This document shows positions 54,601 to 64,000 of a DNA stretch of 64,000 nucleotides, piece by piece. The DNA comes from the human T2T-CHM13v2.0 reference genome, Homo sapiens: NCBI RefSeq assembly GCF_009914755.1, contig NC_060935.1; one strand, 5' to 3'. The notes below the pieces were generated by a model. It did no database searches and was not told where the DNA came from. It saw nothing but the letters and a program-made list of their open reading frames with translations. Position numbers and translations under genes: made by a program. Within the stretch, counting starts at the first letter, position 1. Every line of letters starts with the position of its first letter.

Positions 54601-57600
54601 GGTAAATAACGAAATGATGGCAGAAATAAAGATGCTTTCTGAAACCAATGAGAACAAGACACAATGTACCAGAATCTCTAGGACGCGTTTAAAGCAGTAT
54701 TTAGATAGAAATTTATAGCACTAAATGCCCACAAGAGAAAGCAGGAAAGATCTAAAATCGACATCCTAACATCACAATTAAAAGAACTAGAGAAGCAAGA
54801 GCAAACAAATTCAAAATCTAGCAGAAGACAAGAAACAACTAAGATCAGAGCAGAACTGGAAGAGATAGAGACACAAAAATCCCTTCAAAAAACAAATGAA
54901 TCCAGGTTTTTTGAAAAGATTAACAATATAGATAGATTCCTAACCAGACTAATAAAGAAGAAAAGAAAGAAGAATCAAATAGACACAACAAAAAATGATA
55001 AAGGGGATATCACCACTAATCCCACAGAAATACAACCTACCATGAGAGAATACTATACACACCTGTATGCAAATAAACTAGAAAATCTATAAGAAATGGA
55101 TAAATTCCTGGACACATACACCCTCCCAAGACTAAACCAGGAAGATGTCGAATTCCTGAAGAGACCAATAACAAGTTCTGAAATTGAGGCAGTAATTAAT
55201 AGCGTACCAACCAAATAAAGCCCAGGACCAGACGGATTCACAGCCGAATCCTATCAAAGTTACAAAAAGGAGCTGGTACCAATCCTTCTGAAACTATTTC
55301 AGACAATAACACAAGAGGGACTCCTCCTCAACTCATTTTATGAGGCTAGTGTCATCCTGATACCAAAACCTGACAGAGACACAACAAAAAAAAAGAATAT
55401 TTCAGGCCAATATCTCTGATGAACATCGATGTGAAAATCCTCAATAAAAATACTGGCAAACCAAATCTAGCAGCACATCAAAAAGCTTATCCACCATGAT
55501 CAAGTTGGCTTTATCCCTGGGATGCAAAGCTGGCTCAACATATGCAAATCAATAAATGTAATCCATCACATAAACAGAACCAATGACAAAAACCACATGC
55601 TTATCTCAATAGATGCAGAAAAGGCCTTGATAAAATTCAACACTTCTTCATGCTAAAAACTCAATAAACTAGGTATTGATGGGATGTATCTCAAAATAAT
55701 AAGCGCTATCTATGACAAACCCACAGCCAATGTCATACTGAATGAGCAAAAGCTGGAAGCATTCCCTTTGAAAACCGGCACAAGACAAGGATGCCTTCTC
55801 TCACCACTCCTCTTGAACATGCTGTTGGAAATTCTGGCCAGGGCAATCAGGAAAGAGAAAGAAATAAAGGGTATTCGAATAAAAAGAAAGAAAGTCAAAT
55901 TGTCTCTGTTTGCAGATGACATGATTGTATATTTAGAAAACCCCATCATCTCAGCCCAAAATCTTCTTAAGCTGATAAGCAACTTCAGCAAAGTCTTGGG
56001 ACACAAAATCAATGTGCAAAAATCAGAAGCATTTCTATACACCAATAATAGAAAAACAGAGCAAAATCATGAGTGAACTCCCATTCATAACTGCTACAAA
56101 GAGAGTAAAATACCTAGGAATACAACCTACAAGGGATGTGAAGGACCTCTTCAATGAGAACTACAAAACACTGCTCAAGGAAATGAGAGAGAACACAAAC
56201 AAATGGAAAAACATTCCATGCTCATGGATAGGAAGAATCACTATCATGAAAATGACCATAATGGCCAAAGTAATTCATAGATTCAATGCTATCCTCATCA
56301 AGCTACCACTGACTTTCTTCACAGAATTGGAAAAAAAATACTTTAAATTTCATATGGAACCAAACAAAAAGCTCGTGTAGCCAAGACAGTCCTAAACAAA
56401 AAGAACAAAGCTGGAGGTATCATGCTACTTGACTTCAAACTATGCTACAAGGCTACAGTAACCAAAACAGCATGGTACTGGTACCAAAAGGCATATATAG
56501 ACCAATGGAACAGAACAGAGGCCTGAGAATTAACCCCACACATCTACAACCACCTGATTTTTGACAAACCTGTCAAAAACAAGCAATGGGAAAAGTATTC
56601 CCTATTTAATAAATGCTGTTGGGAAAACTGGCTAGCCATATGCAGAAAACTGAAACTGGGCCCCTTCCTTAGACCTTATACAAAAATTAACTCAATATGG
56701 ATTAAAGACTTAAGCATAAGACCTACAGCCATAAAAACCCTAGAAGAAAATCTAGGCAATACCATTCAGGACATAGGCATGGGCAAAGACTTCATGACTA
56801 AAACAACAAAAGCAATGGTAACAAAAGCCGAAATTGACAAATAGTATATAATTAAAAACAGAGCTTCTGCACAGCAAAAGAAACTATCATCAGAGTAAAC
56901 AGGCAACCTAAAGAATGGGAGAAAATATTTGCAATCTATCCTTCTGACAAAGGGCTCATACCCAGAATCTACAAGGAACTTAAACAAATTTATAAGAATA
57001 AAACAACACCATCCAAAAGTAGGCAAAGGATATGAACAGGCACTCCTCAAAAGAAGACATTTATGTGGCCAAGAAGCATATGAAATAAAGCTCATCATCA
57101 CTGGTCATTCAAGAAATGCAAATCGAAACCACAATGAGATAACATCTCACACCAGTTAGAATGGCAATCATTAAAAAGTCAGGAAACAACAGATGCTGGA
57201 GAGGATATGGAGAAATAGGAATGCTTCTACACTGCTGGTGGGAGTGTAAATTAGTTCAACCATTGTGGAAGACAGTGTGGCAATTCCTCAAGCATCTAGA
57301 ACCAGAAATACCATTTGACCCAGCAATCCCATTACTGGGCATATACCCAAAGGATTATAAATCATTCTACTTCAAAGACACATGTACACGTATGTTTACT
57401 GCAGCACTATTCACAATAGAGAAGACTTGGAACCAACCCAAATGCCCATCAATTATAGACTGGATAAAAAAAATATGGCACATATACACCACGGAATACT
57501 ATGTAGATGTTAAAAAGGATGAGTTCATGTCCTTTGCAGGGATGTGGATAAAGCTGGAAACCATCATTCTCAGCAAACTAACACAGGAACAGAAAACCAA

Positions 57601-57616
57601 ACACGGCATTTTCTCC

Positions 57617-57910
57617 TTTTTTTTTTTTTTGAGATGGAGTTTTGCTCTTGTTGCCCAGGCTGGAGTGCAATGGCACTATCTTGGCTCACTGCAACCTTCG
57701 CCTCCTGTGTTCAAGCGATTCTCCTGCCTCAGCCTCCTAAATAGCTGGAATTACAGGTATGTGCCAGCACACCTGGTTAATTTTGTATTTTTAGTAGAGA
57801 CAAGGTTTCTCCATGTTGGTCAGGCTGGTCTCGAACTCATGACCTCAGGTTATCTGCCTGCCTTGCCTCCCAAAGTGCTGGGATTATAGGCATGAGCCAC
57901 TGCTCCCAGC
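57617..57910 (-). mobile_element. AluSp/Sq nested at the L1 ORF2 end
   Basis: GAGTTTTGCTCTTGTTGCCCAGGCTGGAGTGCAATGGC diagnostic. TSD GCATTTTCTC (57606) / GCATGTTCTC (57912). Confidence 0.92.
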
Positions 57911-58355
57911 TGCATGTTCTCATTCATAAGTGAGAGTTGAACAATGAGAACACATGGACACAGGGAGGGGAACATCACACACTGGGGCCTGTCGGGGAGT
58001 GGAGGGCTAGGGGAAGGATAGCATTAGGAGAAATACCTAATGGAGATGACGGGTTGATGGGTGCATGAAACCACCATGGCACGTGTATAGCTATGTAACA
58101 AACCTGCATGTTCTGCACATCATGTATCCCAGAACTTAAAGTGAAAAAAAAAAAAAAAGAAAGAAAGAAAGAAAAAGAAACGTTACCATGAAATTTTGGT
58201 TACAAGGCATTAGGATAATAATGATTATGAAGATTAAGTCTATCCACAATAACTGATACTTTTATGGATGACTTTATTAGTTAAAGGCTTACTCTTGTAC
58301 ATTATTTCACTTTATGCCAACTTGATATGCAGATGTAGTTGTTCTTAGTTTTTAA

Positions 58356-58664
<309 letters not shown>

Positions 58665-59029
58665 CAGATACTTTTTAGAAATTTGAGATTTGATATTTAG
58701 ACAGGTGAGAAAAATTTTAATAGAATGTAAGTTAGAAGAAAAAAGGGGGTAGAGCCATTTCTAATACTAAATCCCATGAGCTCTTAAAATTAAATTTCAT
58801 GCTTCCCCTTTTCACAATCACAAATATACCTCCCCCTAAGGAGCTAACTCTCAACAAGAGGTCTTAAGGAAGAACATGCTTCTACACAAGGTTAGGTATT
58901 AGCTAAAGCTTATTGAGATTCATACAAAGAGAATACATCTGGATGTGTGTTGGTAAACCTTGATGATAAGGATGAAGAAATGTTTTCTAGCATTTAAAAT
59001 TTCTAGCATTTAAAATAAGCCTTATTTTT

Positions 59030-62000
59030 TTTTCAAGATGGCAAATTTGAAGCATCGTTAGCATGCATCTCCCACTTGGAAAGACAAAATAGTACGCAGA
59101 GATTCACACCATGAACTTTTTTTTCCAAGAAGCAACACAGGAGCTTAACAGAAAAAAGGAAAGAAACCACAGACTCTTTGAAAGGAAGGGTGGGCTGCAG
59201 CATTCACCATGAGCCAGGTGGAAAACTGTAAGTCTCTAGAGCATGGGAGTGCAGATAAAATGCCTCCAGGATATACACTCCCACTGGGGAACATGGCAAT
59301 CCAGGCCGTAGGGGAGGCCTTAACCCTACCCAGTGCTGGGTTGATTTAGTGAGCAGTGAGGGGTATTTGAGAAGGAGTGGCATCAGGATGTGCTTTGCAT
59401 AGATTCCCAGTGCCAAGTGGGGAAGGAGGAAAGCCATTTTGGATCCTTCCTTGCAGGGCACCTCATGGAAGCCTGCCAAATTACTCAGGTGGCAGTTACA
59501 CGTTAAGAGAAGCTCCCACCTGAGATTCATGATATAATCTCGAGTGGAGACAAATTCATTTGACCAGAACCCAGGGATGAATAGGAAGTGTGCTGCAGCC
59601 AAGAGTGCAGGAGTTGGGTGATCCTGCTTCTTGGGCATACTAGGAGGGATGTGGCCTGAAAGCCACAGTTTCTGTCTCCATGGGGAAAGCTTGCGGCCTA
59701 GGGCAGTTTTGAGTTCTGAACACAAACTGCCTGGAATCTAGCTAGCTGCTGTTAGCGGAAAACAATGGGTGTGAGACCCGCCTTGCTAAGTGTATGGGAG
59801 CTGGGTGAGGCTTGCTGCTGCCTGCTACTCCTCGCTCCCTGTGTAAACTCTTCTGGACAACAGAGGCAGTTGTGCTGCTCCCTGAACATTACCACAGTGG
59901 TCAGAAAACTGCCCTCCAGTCCTGCTGCCTGGGCCCGCATGTGGGGAGCCAGAGCACAGACTTGCCTGACCCAGCCTCCACCTGACTTTGCCCCTTGCTT
60001 AACACCAAAGAAAGAAACATTTTGGAGCTCTATGGCTCCACCCACTGCCTGACACCCAGAACATCTCCTCTGGGTAACATAAGGCAAGCACCAATTCCAC
60101 AGCAACCACTGCAGCTGGTGCTCATTTGCAAGGGGTACCTCCTTGCTGGAGGCCAAACAACACAGTCTATTACAGCAATAGGCAGGTAGAATAACACAGC
60201 ATCCAGGAAGGAGAAAACTTGTGTGTGACCTCAACTATCACCATTGCCTGCATCACCCTTGCTAACCAGGAAGTTCTGAGTTTGTCCACATGATTAGTTC
60301 GTTACTACTGCAAGCGCCGTTTGAGACAGCCAATGCATGAAGGCTATTTATAACGAAGGAATCTCAGTGTCTACATTACTCCCTTTCTGCCTGCCTCAGA
60401 GCTGGTTCTGGTACCTGCTGCTGGGAGACTTGAGGATAAGTCGCATCACTAGAACCCTTGGAGACATTCTCCAGCACCAGCATGGAGTATGGCAGTCCTA
60501 CTGGGAGGCTAGATCTAGAGGAGCAGCAGCATTCATAGTAGTCTGGCCCTCAAGGACTCTTACTCTAGCGGAAGGGGGAGTTCACCACATCAAAGGAGCA
60601 CTTGCTGGGATAAAATAATTCAGATAGTAGGCTTTGAGTCCAAGAACTTTCTGTTTGTGGGTCATTTCTTTCAGCAGAGGCACTGATGCAGTCCTGGACT
60701 CAGTGGGGAAAGTCTATGGCTCTGCTCCAACAGACAGGCAGCCCTAGTGCTCACGAAGTGTCCTGGAGAAGGGGACTTGTTCTCCCTTTTGTCCATCACT
60801 CCAGGCATGACTGCGGTCTCTCCCATAGGAGCCCCTTGTGAGTGCATCTGTAGACAGCTTTTTTGGAACACTTCAGGGTGGCTGCATCCCCACAGAAGGA
60901 GTGCTCTTCAGGTTTAGACTTTCATAAGTAGTAAAATCACAATCTTTCTCTACATGAAGCATCAACATTCCTGCAGATGAAAAGAGGTGCCTGTGTAATC
61001 TGAATAGTCAGAACTTCATATGCTGGATCAGGAGTATGACTGGAAGGTGGATTGCTTTTCTACTGGTCTGGCAGGGAAGCTGAGGTGGCTTCCTGCCTTC
61101 CCCCTGAAAAGATCTTAGTGCATTTCACTGAGAGCTCCCCCAGCCACCTCTGTCAAGGCTGGGATCTCTGCCCACCATTGGTTATTGCATTGCCCCCCTG
61201 CTTTACCAACAACTGGTTTTTACCTGTGTACACCTCCACTACTGCCCTGAAGCCTGAACTGTTCAACCCAGTAGCTAAAATACTGTAGAAAACATAACTG
61301 AACAAGTGGACACCACTGGGGAACAAGATAAACTTCAAAATACTTCTGCCATTTCAACCCCACAGTAGACAGTGAACTTGCGCACACACCAAGCATATTT
61401 CTACTACAACCAATATCTAAGAAAACTGTCATACAGATTCTGTATAACCAAAGAACTCATGCAGGGTCTTCACCCCTTAAAGCATCAAGAGCCAAATTAG
61501 ACTACAATAAACTATAAACACCAAAGTCACATCCTCAAGAGGGTAAAAAATAAATTAGGAAGGACACAGTCAAATCAAAAATGAATACAAAAATAATTAG
61601 AAGAAATAGTTGATCTAAATGAGAAGAAAACAGATAAACAATTCTGGCAATATGACAAAACAGGGTTCTATAACATTCCAAAAATATCAGCAATTAATTC
61701 AAACCAAGAAGAAATCTTTGAAATACCAGATAAAGTATTCAAAAGGTTTATTATTAAGCTACACAAGGAGATACAAGATAAAGGCAAATCCAACATAAAA
61801 AGAGTAAAAAAAAATCAGGATATGAATACAAAATTTTCTAAAGAGATAGATATTTTAAAGAAAAGCCAATCAGAACTTCTGGAAATGAAAGACATATTTA
61901 GAAAATAACAAAATGCAGTGGAAAGTTTTAACAATAGACTAGGAAACCATCATTCTCAGCAAACTAACACAGGAATAGAAAACCAAATACTGCATGTTCT

Positions 62001-64000
62001 CACTCATAAGTGGAAGTTGAACAATGAGAACACATGGACACAGGGAGGGGAATATCACACACCGGGGCCTGTCAGAGAGTTGGGGCCAATGGGAGGGAGA
62101 GCATTAAGACAAATGCCTAATGCATGTGGGGCTTAAAACCCAGAGGATGGGTTGATGGGTGCAGCAAACCACCATGGCACATGTATACCTATGTAACAAA
62201 CCTGCATGTTCTGTACATGTATCCCAGAACTTAAAGTTTAATTAAAAAATAAAAATAAAATGAAGTGTTTAAAAAAAGAATTTCAGAACTTAAAGACAAA
62301 GCTTTTAAATTTACCCAATCAGACAAAAATAAAAAAGAATCAAAATAAAGTTTCCAAGAAATGTGGGATTATGTAAAGCAGACAAACATAAGAATCATTG
62401 GTTTTCCTGAGGGGGAAGAGAAAGCAAAAAGTTTGGAAAATATATTTGAGAAAATAATTAACAAAAACTTTCCTGACCTTGCCAGAGATTAAGTATCCAA
62501 ATACAAGAAGCTCAAGGAACCCCTGGGAGATTCATTATAAAAAGGACATCACCAAGGCATTTAGTGATCAGGCTATCTAAAGTCAACATGAATGAAAGAA
62601 TTCTAAATAGCAGTGAGACAAAAGCATCAGGTAACCTATAAGGAAAAACCTATCAGACTAACAGGAGACTTCTCAGCAGAAATCTTATAAACGAGAAGAG
62701 ATTGGGGTCCTATCTTCAGCCTCCTTAAACAGAATAACTGGTCACCAAAAATCTTGTATACAGCAAAACTAACTCTTATAAATGAAGGAAATATAAAATA
62801 TTTTTTCAGAGAAGCAAATGCTGTCACCACCAGAACAGCCTGAACAAGAAATGCTAAAAATAATAGTAATAAATAAATCTTGAAACAAAAGACTGCTATG
62901 CACCAGAATAGAACCTTTTGAAAATATGAAACTTGCAGAGCCTATAAAACAATAACACAAAGAAGAAAAAATGTATGTAGGTAACAATCAACATAATGTC
63001 TGGAACAGTACCTCACATATCAATATTAATGTTGAATTTAAATTATCTAAATGCTCCACTTAAAAGACATAGATTGGCAGAATGAATAAAAAATTACAAA
63101 CCAAATATCTGCTGTCTTCAAGAGACTCAACTAACACATAAGGATGCTTACAGATTTAAGGTAAAAGGGTAGAAAAATATATCTTATTCAAATAGAATCC
63201 AAAAGTGAGATGGAGTAGCTGTTCTTACATTAAATAAAACATACTTTAAAGCAACAACAGTAAAAAAAGACAAAGTCATTATATAATGATAAAAAAGATT
63301 AATCTAACAAGCAGATATTATAATCCTGAATACATATACACACCTAACTCCAGAAATCCCAGGTTCATAAAACATTTACTACTAGACCTAAGAAAAGAGT
63401 TAGCAACACTATAACGGTGGGGGTGGGGGAGGGGGTTTCCACATGCCACTGACAGCACTAGGCAGATCATCAAGGCAGAAAGTCAACAAAGAAACACTTA
63501 AACTGTAATGAAATCGAGATGGAAGTTAAAAATTTCTTTGAAATGAATAATAATAGTGATAAAAGTTATCAAAATCTCTGGGATAAAGCAAAAGCAGCAA
63601 TAAGAGGAACGTATCCCCAGACGTGCAGGGATGGTTTAACATAAGCGTGGTGTCAGGTCTTAGACACCATATAAACATCATATAAACAGAATTAAAATCA
63701 AAAACCAGATGTTTCTCTAAGTAGACGCAGAAAAAACATTCAGTTAAATCTAGAGTTCTTTTATTATAAAAACCCTCAATAAACTAGGTATAGAAGGAAC
63801 ATACCTCAAAATAATAAAAACTGTATATGATAAAACCATAGACAACATTACACTGAATGGGGAAAAGCTGAAAGCATTCCCCTTATGAACTGGAACAAGA
63901 TAAGAATGACCATTTTCACAACTTCTATTCCACATAATACTGGAAGTCCTAGCCAGGGCAATCAGGCAAAGAAAAGAAATAAAGGGCATCCAGATAGGAA
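59030..64000 (+). mobile_element. L1PB/L1M1-type LINE-1 with long 5'UTR, ORF1 (~61619) and internally deleted ORF2 (~62996 onward); continues past the window
   Basis: 5' CAAGATGGC start; ATGAGAAGAAAACAGATAAACAATTCTGGCAATATGACAAAACAGGG ORF1 start; CCTCACATATCAATATTAA endonuclease start; RT-region AAAAGCTGAAAGCATTCCCC. Degenerate. Confidence 0.85.
61942..62275 (+). mobile_element. L1PA8-like 3' end inserted into host L1 ORF1
   Basis: GGAAACCATCATTCTCAGCAAACTAACACAGG..CCTAATGCATGTGGGGCTTAAAACC..CCCAGAACTTAAAG + A-rich tail. Host ORF1 resumes at AAAGAATTTCAGAAC. Confidence 0.88.

Larger units (their letters stand above)
51655..58174 (+). mobile_element. near-full-length inactive L1PA7/8 (5'UTR, ORF1 ~52986-54003, ORF2 from 54067, 3'UTR, A-tail)
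   Basis: 5' CAAGATGGCCAAATAGGAACAGCTCC. ORF1 peptide KRPNLHLIGVPESD; RT peptide [26 protein letters not shown]; C-terminal [31 protein letters not shown] / AAGAAACGTTACCA. Many stops and frameshifts. Confidence 0.95.

Noticed and set aside
53450-56380. ORF1, endonuclease and RT peptides as a functional retroelement or novel RT system
   Set aside because: Fragments of a decayed L1 with many stops, frameshifts and an endonuclease deletion.
58984-59015. 16-bp tandem duplication (also 10-18 bp ones at ~10813 and ~22348)
   Set aside because: Ordinary slippage duplications with no templated junction.
59204-61432. GC-richer block with 90-170 aa ORFs resembling a gene or promoter
   Set aside because: It is the long 5'UTR of the L1PB-type element, CpG-depleted, and the peptides have no recognisable domain.

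Overview
This is AT-rich, CpG-poor primate genomic DNA. A young L1PA2/3-type insertion and an AluY suggest human or another great ape. I see no recognisable protein-coding exon, RNA gene or CpG island, so it reads as gene desert or deep intron. Most of the window is transposable-element remains. These include THE1 and MLT1 MaLR LTRs, MER21, LTR33, a deleted HERV-L provirus with an MLT2A1 LTR, two Tigger3 derivatives, MER53, several Alu/FLAM/FRAM, MIR and L2 copies, old L1M debris, a near-full-length dead L1PA7/8 (51.7-58.2 kb) and an L1PB-type element running off the right edge. The long ORFs at 43-44.8 kb are artefacts of a ~1.55 kb alternating purine-pyrimidine array. I cannot support a new gene system here. 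Four things deserve a second look. (1) Three independent local duplications have junctions containing a short inverted copy of adjacent sequence (fold-back templated junctions). (2) The giant RY array replaces the 3' end of the MLT2A1 LTR. (3) There is a perfect 19-bp-stem hairpin at 28332-28392. (4) There is a well-formed minus-strand candidate exon at 48695-48830, plus several repeat-free enhancer-like islands. Repeat subfamily names come from recalled consensus sequences, and boundaries of old elements are approximate.
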